A stretch of DNA of 64,000 bases, taken from the NCBI GenBank assembly GCA_965263355.1, contig CBDHHL010000056.1, positions 2,432,001 through 2,496,000 on the forward strand, written 5' to 3'. Both the position numbers and the translations under genes were made by a program. The notes below the pieces were generated by a model. It had not been told where the DNA came from. It saw only the letters and a program-made list of their open reading frames with translations, and ran no database searches. How positions within the stretch are numbered: the first letter of the stretch is position 1; each line of letters opens with the position of its first letter. This stretch comes from Leptolyngbyaceae cyanobacterium (lineage in GTDB: Bacteria > Cyanobacteriota > Cyanobacteriia > Phormidesmidales > Phormidesmidaceae). Positions 31,877 to 42,561 of this stretch are shown in pieces.

Positions 31877-32176
31877 CATGGCGATATGAGGATGGAAATG
31901 AATTGGATGGGAAAATAAACCTTATGCACCTCCAGAACTGAAGCTTCGCAATATAGTTCACATGTATTATAGCAAGTCAACGACTTTGCAGAGTCAGTCG
32001 TTACATGTAACGCCGTAATCTATCCATACTCCCTGTGAATTAAGGCAGCTCGCGATCGCACCTACAATTAGCCATAGGCAAGACCCTAATTTCAGTGTGC
32101 CAGAGAGTCAAGGCAGCGTCCGAAAACCTTGGTTCCCTTTAACGATTGGGCAGTAATGGCACGTTTGCAGAGGCAC

Positions 32177-32210
32177 AAAAGCCCCGGAGCATCTTGTGAC
32201 TCCAGGGCTT
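32177..32210 (-). terminator. Intrinsic terminator of rplI
   Basis: Minus-strand hairpin AAGCCCTGGAG...CTCCGGGGCTTTT just downstream of the rplI stop. Confidence 0.65.
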
Positions 32211-32247
32211 GATGTAAAAGATATCGATTGACTTGGAGATGCTTGGC

Positions 32248-32700
32248 TTAGGCAACCCGCAGTCGTAATTCAGCAGTCACTTCGCTGTGGAGCTTAACCA
32301 ACACAGTGTACTCACCCAACTTATTGATGGGCGGAACTTCGATATCGCGCTTGTCGATTTCCTTACTCGTGTTGGTTTGGATTAGCTCGGCCACTTCATC
32401 TGCGGTAACGGTACCGAAGATAGCGTCGTTTTCACCCACTTCTTTCTTAATGGTAAAGAGACCAATGGTTGCGATCGCAGTTTTCATCGCTTCCGCATCC
32501 TTCCGAATCTGCTCAAGGCGTTGACGCTCTTCTTCACGACGACGCTCTACCTGCTTAAGCACCCCAGGCGTAGCTCGATAGCCCAACCCGCGAGGTAGTA
32601 AATAATTGCGAGCATAACCAGGAGATACCTCAACGAGGTCGCCTTCTTTACCCAGCTTGCTAATATCTTGACTTAGAACTAACTGAACCCGTTTTGCCAT
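32248..32700 (-). CDS. rplI: 50S ribosomal protein L9
   Basis: MAKRVQLVLSQDISKLGKEGDLVEVSPGYARNYLLP...IFGTVT...KLHSEV; true start ATG 32700. Confidence 0.97.
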   Translation of the reverse strand: MAKRVQLVLSQDISKLGKEGDLVEVSPGYARNYLLPRGLGYRATPGVLKQVERRREEERQRLEQIRKDAEAMKTAIATIGLFTIKKEVGENDAIFGTVTADEVAELIQTNTSKEIDKRDIEVPPINKLGEYTVLVKLHSEVTAELRLRVA

Positions 32701-32992
32701 AGTACTTTTGCTCAGGCCCAGATAAATCGTTCTTTGAATACGTTTTGGACACAGTCCCTCAACGTGAAAACGGTTTATGCGGCCCAGTCTCCTTCTTTGA
32801 CCCGTAATAAAACTAGTGCAGTCTAACATTCTATAGAATTAGGTCTGACAGAAGCAAATTTAAATTATCGATACCTCATCACCCGATTGGGTAAGACGAC
32901 TGGGCGTAGTGAGTATTAGGTTGCCAGCACTAGTCTGTAGGAGCGTTAAACAGCTGAGTGTGTTAATCGACTAGTTTTGGAAAATCCTTACT

Positions 32993-33565
32993 ATGCAAAC
33001 TAAACAGAGTAGAACCCAATTTATTCAGCGGCTGACCATTAAGGGCCTTGTTGTTGTGGCCGGTCTGGGAATATTGCCAATGATGCCAGTAGCTGCCTAT
33101 GAGCCATTGTTGGCACCCTGGCAGCTGGCTCAGGGGTCATTGTACTCGTCATCCACAGGACAATTTGCGATCGCATTTCCCAACCCACCTGAGGTCACTA
33201 CTGAAGCGGATGATATTGACGGCGATCCCGTAGAAATCCATGTGTTTGAATCTGGAACCACCACCACTCAATATATGGTGGCCTATGCCGACCTGCCCAC
33301 CGCCTTTTTGACCCAGGGAGCCGATAGCGTCCTAGATCAGCTGCGAGACTACACCTTTGAGGCTGAAGGACTGGATGAAGTCCTTGGCTCAGAGGTGGAT
33401 GTACAGCTGAGTGGTCACCCAGGCCGCCGCTATCGCTACAGCGATAATGACGGCACTATCGATATGCGTTTGTATTTGGTGGAACAACGGGCCTACTTAT
33501 TAGTGGCCGTTGACAATGACGAGACAGATGTTGATCGGTTTATCAGTTCGTTTGCCCTGCAATAG
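32993..33565 (+). CDS. Exported hypothetical protein (PsbP/DcrB-like beta-rich fold suspected)
   Basis: Signal-like N-terminus; GQFAIAFPNPP, YMVAYADLP, LSGHPGR, RLYLVEQRAY. Confidence 0.65.
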   Translation: MQTKQSRTQFIQRLTIKGLVVVAGLGILPMMPVAAYEPLLAPWQLAQGSLYSSSTGQFAIAFPNPPEVTTEADDIDGDPVEIHVFESGTTTTQYMVAYADLPTAFLTQGADSVLDQLRDYTFEAEGLDEVLGSEVDVQLSGHPGRRYRYSDNDGTIDMRLYLVEQRAYLLVAVDNDETDVDRFISSFALQ

Positions 33566-33647
33566 ACCGATTGATTGAATGGGAGGGGAAAACAACAATG
33601 GCCGTGATACTGCCCCTCTCATATTCTCTAATCGTTGACGGCATTAT

Positions 33648-35057
33648 TTGATTCTCTTGCCTGCCAAATTCTTGACAAATCCGCTTTCTAACATTTCCAA
33701 TGCCATGCTGAATTGTTTACGCGCTTGGTGGCGTACTTATTTTTCTACACCAACGATGTCACCGAGCGTGCTCAGTGCCTATCGGCAATGGCGACAGCGT
33801 TTTTTCTATCAGCGTTTGCGTTTACTGATTTGGCTGTTAGCGTTTGTGCTGGCCTCAACCATCGTATTCGAGATATGCCTATGGCTGTTAAGACCGGAGG
33901 ATATTGGCTTCGATACCTTGATCATCGATAGTGTGATTGGCCTGTCGTTAGCATTAGGTTTAGGGCTGCAACTGACAGCCTGGGGTAAGCGTCACCAGGG
34001 GCTGATCTTTTGGGGGGTATCGGCTGGAGTCACGCTAACACTGTTGATTGCAGGTATAGCAGCGGGGGATATCAGTGATGCGGAGATAGCTTTGTGGTCT
34101 ATGGTGTTTTTGGCGCAGTCCACACTGGTGCCGGTGCGGTGGAAATTGCATATGCGATCGCAACTCACCCTCCTCGTCCCTCTAACGATTTTAGTCATCC
34201 TTGTCTTTTTTACAGCAGACGATGCTACAGAACGTTCAGATATTGTTTTTGGCACGGTATCGGCCTACATCTATTTAGTGTGGGTCTGTATTGTGGCAGA
34301 CCTGGGCGTTTATCTCTATGAGCGATTACGCCATCAGGAGTTCGTCGCTCGTCAGGAAGTAGAAACCTTTTTGCATGCAGTATCCCACGATCTACGCAAT
34401 CCTGTCACAGGGACTCAGCTGTTGGTCAAAAGTTTATTAGAGCAGCATGGCGATACTATACCAATGCCTCGACCAATACTAGAGCAAATGCAACAAAGTG
34501 GAGAGCGACAGTTAGTTCTGATTAATAGCCTGTTAGAAGCCCATAACAACAACCTGAAAGGAATATCACTGCAACGCCAGAATGTTGATCTCCATAGGTT
34601 GATCGAGGCCATTGGCCATGAGTTATCTCCCCAGCTAGCCACAGCTAACGTGATACTTCACAATCAACTATCTGCTGACTTACCGACAATCTTGGGTGAC
34701 AATACCCAGCTATGGAGAGTCTTCCATAATCTGATTATCAATGCCCTCACCCATAATCCACCAGGGATTACGATCTGGATAAATGCCGCAGTAACATCAT
34801 CGCCACATCCCTATATTCGGTGCACCGTTCGAGATAATGGTGAGGGTATGACCACAGAGCAATGTGCTCAGCTGTTTAATCTTTATGCTCAGGGACATCG
34901 CCGTCGCCATTTGAGCATCGGGTTAGGGCTGCACATTGCACAACAACTTATTGATGCCCATGGGGGTGCTATTGGCGTCGAGTCTGAAGTTGACCAGGGT
35001 AGTACATTTTGGGTGAAATTGCCCCTATCAGTCCACCCATCCCTTACGCAAAGCTAG
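33648..35057 (+). CDS. Membrane-bound sensor histidine kinase (start probably ATG 33705 or later)
   Basis: About 6 TMs; H-box VSHDLRNP, N-box NLIINALTH, DNGEG, GLGLHI, HGG. Confidence 0.93.
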   Translation: MILLPAKFLTNPLSNISNAMLNCLRAWWRTYFSTPTMSPSVLSAYRQWRQRFFYQRLRLLIWLLAFVLASTIVFEICLWLLRPEDIGFDTLIIDSVIGLSLALGLGLQLTAWGKRHQGLIFWGVSAGVTLTLLIAGIAAGDISDAEIALWSMVFLAQSTLVPVRWKLHMRSQLTLLVPLTILVILVFFTADDATERSDIVFGTVSAYIYLVWVCIVADLGVYLYERLRHQEFVARQEVETFLHAVSHDLRNPVTGTQLLVKSLLEQHGDTIPMPRPILEQMQQSGERQLVLINSLLEAHNNNLKGISLQRQNVDLHRLIEAIGHELSPQLATANVILHNQLSADLPTILGDNTQLWRVFHNLIINALTHNPPGITIWINAAVTSSPHPYIRCTVRDNGEGMTTEQCAQLFNLYAQGHRRRHLSIGLGLHIAQQLIDAHGGAIGVESEVDQGSTFWVKLPLSVHPSLTQS

Positions 35058-35666
35058 CACAGCAGCCTGCACCCGATCATTGACAACAAGTTTGTTCATA
35101 ATGCCTTTGACATAGGTTTTGACAGTATTGGTGCTGAGGAATAACTTTTCTCCAATGGCAGGATTGGTGTAACCTTCAACAATCAGTTTTAAGACTTCCA
35201 ATTCTCGTTCTGAAAGGGGATGCTCTGGGGCTAGGGCTGGAGCCGGATGAGTTAAACAGCTCATCACCTGTTGAGCAATTTGTGGATCGAGATAAACGCC
35301 TCCGGCGGCGGCTATTGTGATGGCCTGCATCAGGGTGTCAAGACTGGTACCCTTGATACAATAAGCATCCGCGCCGCTGGAGAGCGCAGCAACCACCTCA
35401 GTTTGATCTGTATGGGAGGTAAATATGACCACACGAATGTGGGGCATAGTGCGTTTCACCTCTTGTGTAGCAGCAATACCATCAAGACGGGGCATACCCA
35501 CATCCATCAGGATTAAGGCTGGTTGGTGTTTCTGTGCCATAGCAATGCCTTGGTAGCCATCTTCTGCTTCACCGATGATGTTCACAGTGGGCCTAGAGAC
35601 TAAGGAGTGGGTCAGTCCTAGACGCATCATCGGATCGTCTTCAACAATGAGGATGTCTAGTGGCAT
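35028..35666 (-). CDS. NarL/LuxR-family response regulator
   Basis: ILIVEDD, LMDVGMPRLDG receiver domain; LSERELEVL...LSTNTVKTYV HTH. Confidence 0.95.
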   Translation of the reverse strand: MPLDILIVEDDPMMRLGLTHSLVSRPTVNIIGEAEDGYQGIAMAQKHQPALILMDVGMPRLDGIAATQEVKRTMPHIRVVIFTSHTDQTEVVAALSSGADAYCIKGTSLDTLMQAITIAAAGGVYLDPQIAQQVMSCLTHPAPALAPEHPLSERELEVLKLIVEGYTNPAIGEKLFLSTNTVKTYVKGIMNKLVVNDRVQAAVLALRKGWVD

Positions 35667-35816
35667 GGGGATTGCAGACAGAGTATTTGCCGTGATTCAG
35701 GCCCCCAAACCTTCAACATTGGGAACGTCAGATTTTTTCTTCTCTATTACTCTACAGCGGAGAACATCCCATGGCGTCATCCGCCTAGCTCACCCGATAG
35801 GAGGAGGCTGTCTTGG

Positions 35817-36584
35817 CTAAAACATGTCTTTCATACCGCGAATGCGACCAAAGACACGGGCAGGTTCTCGCATTTTGGCTGTTGCCTGGAGTGCAGGTTG
35901 GTCCCAGCGCAGAAACGGGTTTGTTTGCTTCTCGATGCCCAGTAGCGATGGGACGGTTGGTTCCTGACGTTTACGGGCAGCTTGTACTTGCTGGTAGCGA
36001 CTCTGCAAATCAGGGTTTTGGCTGTCTACAGTGACAGCAAACTTTAGGTTGTTAAGGGTATATTCGTGGGCACACCACACACGGGTATTATCTGGCAACT
36101 GACGTAATTTACTTAAAGAATCAACCATTTGAGCAGGAGTCCCTTCAAACAGACGTCCACACCCCCCAGCAAATAGGGTGTCGCCACAGAAAAGTTCGCC
36201 GGGTTGATGCTCGTCAACTGGTGCGAAGTAGTAGGCGATGTGGCCACGGGTATGGCCAGGGACAAAGAAAATTTGGGCGGTTTGGCCACCAAACATGACG
36301 ATATCGCCTTCAGTCAGGAAAATTTGCTGACCAGGAATACGGCCTCGATCTGCTTCGCTGCCGTACACGGTAGCACTAGGATACTTGGCAAGTAGCTGAC
36401 GGTTGCCACCAACGTGATCGCTATGGTGATGGGTATTGAAAATCGCAATGAGTGCCGCTCCCAATTTATTTAGCTGATTGAGGACAGGCTGAGCCTCAGT
36501 GGGATCAACGACGGCTGCATTAGTGCCATCCTGCAGCAGAAAAATATAGTTATCTGACCAGGCGTTAAGGCGATGGATCTGCAT
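35817..36584 (-). CDS. gloB: Hydroxyacylglutathione hydrolase (glyoxalase II)
   Basis: [50 protein letters not shown]. Confidence 0.96.
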   Translation of the reverse strand: MQIHRLNAWSDNYIFLLQDGTNAAVVDPTEAQPVLNQLNKLGAALIAIFNTHHHSDHVGGNRQLLAKYPSATVYGSEADRGRIPGQQIFLTEGDIVMFGGQTAQIFFVPGHTRGHIAYYFAPVDEHQPGELFCGDTLFAGGCGRLFEGTPAQMVDSLSKLRQLPDNTRVWCAHEYTLNNLKFAVTVDSQNPDLQSRYQQVQAARKRQEPTVPSLLGIEKQTNPFLRWDQPALQATAKMREPARVFGRIRGMKDMF

Positions 36585-36835
36585 AACGTAATGGAAACGT
36601 GGATTACCTATAGTATGGAGGATCTATCGCATTCATGGATTTTATTGTGATCTAGGCTGCATATCTAAATTGGCTCGCAGCTTAAAGTAAAAAACTTTCC
36701 CAAGGATACGAATCAGAGGTCAGGCATTAGGAATCATCCTTCAGCCTTCTACTAACTCCTGACCGCCAGATGCTGAATTCTTCAGATGGGCAAGCCAAAG
36801 TCTGTAAAAATTTAGATGATAGACGCTCTGCTGCT

Positions 36836-38872
36836 ATGGCTTACTGTCTCAACTGCGATTATGCTCAAAATCCTGATCAGCATCGATATTGCATTCGGTG
36901 TGGGGCTTTGTTAGCCCTGAGGGGGCGTTTTGACATTGTGCGCCAGATTGGTCAGGGTGGGTTTGGTAAAACCTATTTGGCAGCAGATCTGGATAATCGC
37001 AAGAAGCCCTGCGTGGTTAAGCAGTTAGTCTATCAAGGGAACAGTACCCATGCTGTACAAGAAGCTCAGCGTTTATTTGAGCAAGAGGCAGAAAGATTAG
37101 ATCAGCTGAGCAGTCATTCCCAAATTCCTCAATTGCTGGCGTACTTTGAGGATGATCGTTATTTATACCTGGTTCAGGAGTTTATCGAGGGGCAGGATCT
37201 ACAGCAGGAATTGATGCAGCAGGGAGCCTTTAGTGAAGCTCAGATTTGGGAGATTCTGAAGGAGCTGTTACCGATTCTTGGGTTTATTCATGGACACCAG
37301 GTAATTCATCGGGACCTGAAGCCAGAAAATGTGATGCGGAGGGGGAGCGATCGCAAACTCTTCTTAATCGATTTTGGTGTGGCCAAGCTATTGGCAGAAC
37401 AGAATAATTGGGACAAAAGCAGTACCGTGGTCGGTACACCAGGCTATGCCGCTCCAGAGCAGATGAGAGGCAGAGTCCGTCCAGCCAGTGACCTGTTTAG
37501 TCTGGGTATGATTTGTTTTCATTTACTTACCCAAAAAGATATTTATCACTTGTTTCAGACATATGATTACAGCTGGATAGAAAACTGGCAGCGGCATTTG
37601 AATGTCTCCATTAGTCAACGTTTAGAACATATCTTAGATAAACTCCTGCAACTTGATGAGAAAGAACGTTATATCACTGCAGATGATGTCATCAAAGAGT
37701 TAGATGAGAATCACCCTGTTGGGCAAGGGTCTAAGGGACAATCACCGGGAATAAAACCCTTTTCATGGACAGCAAGATCTACACGAACCTCGCTACAACG
37801 ACAGGCTTCATTTTTTTCGCCGTCTGTTTATCAACGCTTAATTGTGCTGGGTGTTACATGCAGCTTAGCCACTGGTCTTTGGTTTTTACTTCGGCCTCAG
37901 CTTGATGTCGTATCTCCAGAGCTAGCGTTGCGTCAAGGTTTACCCAGCACTGCAGGTACAAGTTCTTCTCAGTCAGTTGTTGACAATTCTTCTCAGCCTG
38001 TTGCCGAAAGTTTTGCTCAAGTGCCCCAGGTACCTGCCGGAATCTTCAACTATGGCGGCAGTACCACTTGGGCTCCCATTCGCGGTTCGGTGGATTTAGA
38101 GATCCAGACTGCGAGACCTGAGTTTCGTTTGCGGTATGTTCAGCCAGATGATGTGGAGCCCTCTAGCCAGGCAGGGTTAGACATGTTAGTAGAGGGTGAG
38201 GTTGCATTTTCCTTAGCGTCTCGTCTACCGACTAATGAGTTGATGGAAGAGCTTACAGCCAAGGGGATACAAGTAAGACTAGTGCCTGTTGCAGAAAGCT
38301 TTGATGTGGCAGCAGTACACCAGGACTTACCAATCTCTCAATTAACCATTGACCAGCTCAATGCTATTTTGGAAGGGAAAATTAGCAACTGGCGTACGGT
38401 AAATGGGCCTGATTTAGCCATCACACGGTTTGACCGCCAAGTAAATGAGGCGTTTGAAGATACGCGCCCCAACCTTGAAAGTGAAAATATACAAATTTTT
38501 TCGACTCCTTCTGAGGCAATCCGTCAATTAGCAAGCACGCCAGGAGGTATCTATGTGCATACGGCAGCGGTATTGATTCCCCAATGTTCAATTAAAACAG
38601 TGCCTTTGGTAAACGCAGCGGGACAAAAAATTGTTCCTTACCAAGAACCTGCTGTTCCAGTTTCGCAGTGTCCAGCCCAGAGAAATCAAGTCAATCTGGC
38701 TGAATTGGGTAGTGGTAATTACTCGCGACAGTTAAGCGATACGCTCTATGTGGTGATTAATCAGAATGGTGGTATTGAGCAACAAGTGGGTGAAGCGTAT
38801 GCCAATTTTTTACTCTCGGATGAAGGACAAAAGCTGTTGGAAAAAGCTGGATATTTGAGAATTCGGCGATGA
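36836..38872 (+). CDS. Hanks-type Ser/Thr kinase with N-terminal Zn ribbon, TM and C-terminal PstS-like binding domain
   Basis: MAYCLNC...CIRCG; GQGGFGKTY, VVK, HRDLKPEN, DFG, GTPGYAAPEQ; TM; FNYGGSTTWAPIR ... LLSDEGQKLLEKAGY; ATG 36836 preferred over 36770. Confidence 0.9.
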   Translation: MAYCLNCDYAQNPDQHRYCIRCGALLALRGRFDIVRQIGQGGFGKTYLAADLDNRKKPCVVKQLVYQGNSTHAVQEAQRLFEQEAERLDQLSSHSQIPQLLAYFEDDRYLYLVQEFIEGQDLQQELMQQGAFSEAQIWEILKELLPILGFIHGHQVIHRDLKPENVMRRGSDRKLFLIDFGVAKLLAEQNNWDKSSTVVGTPGYAAPEQMRGRVRPASDLFSLGMICFHLLTQKDIYHLFQTYDYSWIENWQRHLNVSISQRLEHILDKLLQLDEKERYITADDVIKELDENHPVGQGSKGQSPGIKPFSWTARSTRTSLQRQASFFSPSVYQRLIVLGVTCSLATGLWFLLRPQLDVVSPELALRQGLPSTAGTSSSQSVVDNSSQPVAESFAQVPQVPAGIFNYGGSTTWAPIRGSVDLEIQTARPEFRLRYVQPDDVEPSSQAGLDMLVEGEVAFSLASRLPTNELMEELTAKGIQVRLVPVAESFDVAAVHQDLPISQLTIDQLNAILEGKISNWRTVNGPDLAITRFDRQVNEAFEDTRPNLESENIQIFSTPSEAIRQLASTPGGIYVHTAAVLIPQCSIKTVPLVNAAGQKIVPYQEPAVPVSQCPAQRNQVNLAELGSGNYSRQLSDTLYVVINQNGGIEQQVGEAYANFLLSDEGQKLLEKAGYLRIRR

Positions 38873-38883
38873 TTGAGACTGGT

Positions 38884-40068
38884 CTATGATGTTAACTCTT
38901 TGATACCTTGTACGAGTCTATCCACGCCTAACGATGCATTTTCTAGGGTGAGATTGCCATAGGAAATTCTGAGATAACAACCATGGTGCATACCAAATGC
39001 TTGTCCAGGGATGACGGCGACCTTATACGTCTCTACTAGCTGTTTAACCAAATCTAAATCTGATAAATCCGAATCGACCTTGATAAAGAAATAAAATGCG
39101 CCATCAGGAACAACTATCTGACAATTTCCAGGCAAATTCTCCAGCTGTTGAAGAATACGCTCTCTAACTTTTGAGATTACTGACAAATGTTCAGAAAGAT
39201 ACGCAGCATCAACATTTAATGCGCCTAGGGCTGCGTATTGCGAAATAACTGGAGGACAAATTAAATTAGTGTCTTGTATTTTCAAAATTGATGGCAACAA
39301 CTTTTTAGGAATAACCATATACCCAATTCGCCAACTGGCAAATCCATAGGTTTTAGACAGGCTAAATAGGGAAATTGTGTGGGCTACACTGTTAGGAAAA
39401 GAAGCAGGAGAGGTATGTTTTACGTTGTTATAAGTAAAATATTCATAGGCTTCATCACTAATATGATAGATGCCTGCCTCTTGACAGATTTGACTAATTT
39501 CTCTCAGAGTAGACGCATCATAAACAACTCCAGTCGGATTATTCGGAGAAATAGTAACTATCGCTTTTGTTTTAGATGTAATTGATTTGCGCAATTCATC
39601 TATTTGCGGATAATAGTTTGTATCAGTTTGAACTGCTACAGGATGACAACTAATCATGCCAATTGCCATCTCATGATTAAAGTAATAAGGAGTGTTTAAG
39701 ATAATTTCATCTCCGGCATGGGTAATGGCTAATATGGCATTTAAGAATCCCATATTGCTACCAGCAGTAACGACGATACAATTATCATTGCCGATATCAA
39801 TTTGGTTATCTCGGTATAATTTTTGCTGGATGCTATTTAACAGTTTAGGGATACCAATAGTTGCCTGATATTTGTGCGCTTGGGGGTAAGCTAAAAAGTC
39901 TTGAATTGCTTTGATGGCATGATTAGGTGGAACATATGAAACCACACCTTGATCTAACGGGATAGTGCCGGGATTTTTTTGGATAAGTTCTTTAATTAAT
40001 GGAATTATGGGAGTCTGTATACTTTCCATACGAGAGTATACGGTACTAGCAGTTGCAGCCATGTTCAT
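38884..40068 (-). CDS. PLP-dependent aminotransferase, class I/II
   Basis: ISPNNPTG, ISDEAYEYF, SLSKTYGFASWRIGY. Confidence 0.93.
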   Translation of the reverse strand: MNMAATASTVYSRMESIQTPIIPLIKELIQKNPGTIPLDQGVVSYVPPNHAIKAIQDFLAYPQAHKYQATIGIPKLLNSIQQKLYRDNQIDIGNDNCIVVTAGSNMGFLNAILAITHAGDEIILNTPYYFNHEMAIGMISCHPVAVQTDTNYYPQIDELRKSITSKTKAIVTISPNNPTGVVYDASTLREISQICQEAGIYHISDEAYEYFTYNNVKHTSPASFPNSVAHTISLFSLSKTYGFASWRIGYMVIPKKLLPSILKIQDTNLICPPVISQYAALGALNVDAAYLSEHLSVISKVRERILQQLENLPGNCQIVVPDGAFYFFIKVDSDLSDLDLVKQLVETYKVAVIPGQAFGMHHGCYLRISYGNLTLENASLGVDRLVQGIKELTS

Positions 40069-40162
40069 TGAATATTACTTTGCATATTCCTAATATCTCA
40101 TAAGCAAGCGTTGACGTAAGGGGCCGTTGATCAAGCAACTGTCCAAGAGGCTCAATCGTCTT

Positions 40163-40230
40163 GAGCCCCCAACACCTTTAATTTTGGGGGCTTTGAGTAT
40201 TGTCCCCCAGAATTGGGGGACGAGGGGGAC
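40163..40230. repeat. Short interspersed CCCCC...GGGGG hairpin element (MITE/REP-like)
   Basis: AGCCCCCAA...TTGGGGGCT and GTCCCCCAGAATTGGGGGAC hairpins in tandem. Confidence 0.6.
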
Positions 40231-40410
40231 CTAGATAACCGTTGATTTCCTTTACACAACTCTTATTACTAGAATGTTCGGTAAAAGAATCAGCTCTACA
40301 GTATTAGCCTAAGGAGGCCTAGATAACTGATAGCTATTTGGCAACACCTTGAATGGCATCCCAAACGCTCCGTCAACGGTCTAGTCAGACTCACACATGC
40401 TAAGCGTTGT

Positions 40411-42561
40411 TTACCCAGCCGTAGTAAAGTCTTCTGCGGTCAGAGTGCCATTAAAGTTGGTCAACTCAACTAAGACATCATTTCCGGTCGATAACCAGGT
40501 CTTATTATTTCTGCTGGCCTGCTCTAGGGCTCCAAAGCTCAGCCCGTCAGACAGTTCCAACATATCGGTGCCATGCTCAAAGTCTCTGATGATTAAAACA
40601 CCACTACCCTGGTTCAATACAAAGGTATCACTGCCGCCTTTACCAAAGGCCACATCAAAGTCTTTAGCCGTACCTAAATCAAGACGATCATCACCAGAAC
40701 CAGCGTGCACTTTGTCATTACCAGTGCCGGTGAGAATATCTTTATTGCCATCTGACACGCCATTGGAGGACTGAACATAGATTTTGTTGTTGCCATTGCC
40801 AGCATCAACGCTATTTTGGCCTTTACCAAGCTTAATAAAGTCATTTCCGTCTCCAGCAACGACATCGTAATCACTGGTTTTAGGACTATTAGGGCTAGTT
40901 TCGGCATCTACCGTAGGCCCTTCACTATCATTATCATTCTGATTTACATCATCAACAACATTGTTGTCAGCTTGTGGCTTATCAACATTCTTGGAGGTAT
41001 CAGCCCCTGAGGTCACAAAGTCGTTTGCCGTTAAGGTACCAGTAAAGTTTGTCAATTCAACTAAGGTATCACCCCCTGCTGACAGCCAGGTTTTACCATT
41101 TTTGGTAGTCTGGTCTATATCTGCAAATGTCAGGCCCTTCAGCTTTAGTTTATCGGTACCCTGGGCAAAATCTCTAATGCTTAAGAAGCCCTTACCCTGG
41201 TTTACAACAAATGTATCACTGCCGCCTTTACCAAAGGCCACGTCATAGTTTGTCGCTGTACCTAGATCCAGATAATCATCGCCAGATCCAGCGTGTGCTT
41301 TGTCATTACCTGTGCCTGCCAGAATAGTTTTAGGGCTATTGGAAGACTGGACATAGATCTTGTTATTGCCATTGCCAGCATCGACGCTATCCTGGCCTTT
41401 ACCCAATCTAATCACGTCATTCCCATTCCCAGAGATGACATCGTAGTCACCAGTGTTACCTTGATTAGAGTTATTACCACCACCGACATTAGAATTGGCG
41501 TTGTTATCACCATCTTGGGTGTTATCAACACTATCCTGACCGTTACCTGTGTCTAAACTGTCCTGGGGATCTGGTTTGGGTGTTTTAGTAGGCGCGTCCT
41601 GTAACCCTGCCAAAAGACCATTGACAGCTTGTTTAGGCCGATAGTTTTCATCAAAGGGCAGAGCATCGTCATATCCCTTGAAGAAATCAGGGATCCAGGA
41701 GTAACGATCGGTAACTCCCCAGATGGTGACTGAATCGCAATTACCTGCGTCTGCACAGGTCTCGACAATTGTCTGATAAATTTTTGCCTGGTTAGCTAGT
41801 TTTGCAGCCGTCGCAGGTTGTTTAACACGTACATCAGCCTCTGTAAACTCAACGTCTAAACCCAACTTGCCAAGACGTTTCATATTTTCTGCAACACTCT
41901 TGAAGTTACGAGGATCGTCTTCAGACATGTGCATTTGAAAGCCCACACCATGAATAGGTACACCTTTGGCTTTTAAGTCAGATACTAATTGATAGACTCT
42001 GTTAGATTTTTTGTTGACTTCCTCAGCTCTATAGTCGTTGTACAGTAATTTAGCGTTGGGATCGGCTTCGTGGGCCCACTTGAAGGCAAGTTCTATGTAT
42101 TCTGGACCAATCTTTTGTAGCCAAAATGAATTACGTAATTTGCCATCATCACCAACGGCTTCATTCACTACATCCCACACTTTGATTTGTCCCTTATAGC
42201 GACCCACCACGGTCTTGATGTGGGTTTCTAGAATATCTAGGAGTTCTTGACGACTCCAGTTGCCGTTCTCGAGCCATTGTGGATTAGAAATATGCCAAAC
42301 GAGCGCATGCCCCCTGAGATCCATATCGTTTTGATTAGCAAAACTCATTAAGGCATCCGAATCGCGAAAGTTAAACTTTCCCTTTTCAGGCTGCATAAAC
42401 CGGAACTTCATTTCGTATTCAGCGGTAATGCTGTTAAACTCTCTCGCCACCGTCTCTCGGTACTGTTGATCGTCGCGAATACGATTGATTTTGACCGCTG
42501 CACCGATGGTCATATTTTTCTTATCGGCTGCGGAACGCAATGTGCTGTCAGTATTATTCAT
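40411..42561 (-). CDS. GH10 endo-1,4-beta-xylanase with duplicated RTX-like C-terminal module (start ATG 42561 or 42624)
   Basis: EFNSITAEYEMK, RGHALVWH, WDVVNE (acid/base), LLYNDY, GVGFQMH, FTEADV (nucleophile), WGVTDRYSW; GxGND-type repeats. Confidence 0.92.
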   Translation of the reverse strand: MNNTDSTLRSAADKKNMTIGAAVKINRIRDDQQYRETVAREFNSITAEYEMKFRFMQPEKGKFNFRDSDALMSFANQNDMDLRGHALVWHISNPQWLENGNWSRQELLDILETHIKTVVGRYKGQIKVWDVVNEAVGDDGKLRNSFWLQKIGPEYIELAFKWAHEADPNAKLLYNDYRAEEVNKKSNRVYQLVSDLKAKGVPIHGVGFQMHMSEDDPRNFKSVAENMKRLGKLGLDVEFTEADVRVKQPATAAKLANQAKIYQTIVETCADAGNCDSVTIWGVTDRYSWIPDFFKGYDDALPFDENYRPKQAVNGLLAGLQDAPTKTPKPDPQDSLDTGNGQDSVDNTQDGDNNANSNVGGGNNSNQGNTGDYDVISGNGNDVIRLGKGQDSVDAGNGNNKIYVQSSNSPKTILAGTGNDKAHAGSGDDYLDLGTATNYDVAFGKGGSDTFVVNQGKGFLSIRDFAQGTDKLKLKGLTFADIDQTTKNGKTWLSAGGDTLVELTNFTGTLTANDFVTSGADTSKNVDKPQADNNVVDDVNQNDNDSEGPTVDAETSPNSPKTSDYDVVAGDGNDFIKLGKGQNSVDAGNGNNKIYVQSSNGVSDGNKDILTGTGNDKVHAGSGDDRLDLGTAKDFDVAFGKGGSDTFVLNQGSGVLIIRDFEHGTDMLELSDGLSFGALEQASRNNKTWLSTGNDVLVELTNFNGTLTAEDFTTAG

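Noticed and set aside
32701..32829. N-terminal extensions in the ORF track (rplI; likewise hemC, glgA, dnaB and the kinase)
   Set aside because: Conserved protein starts lie at downstream ATGs; the extensions are longest-ORF artefacts.
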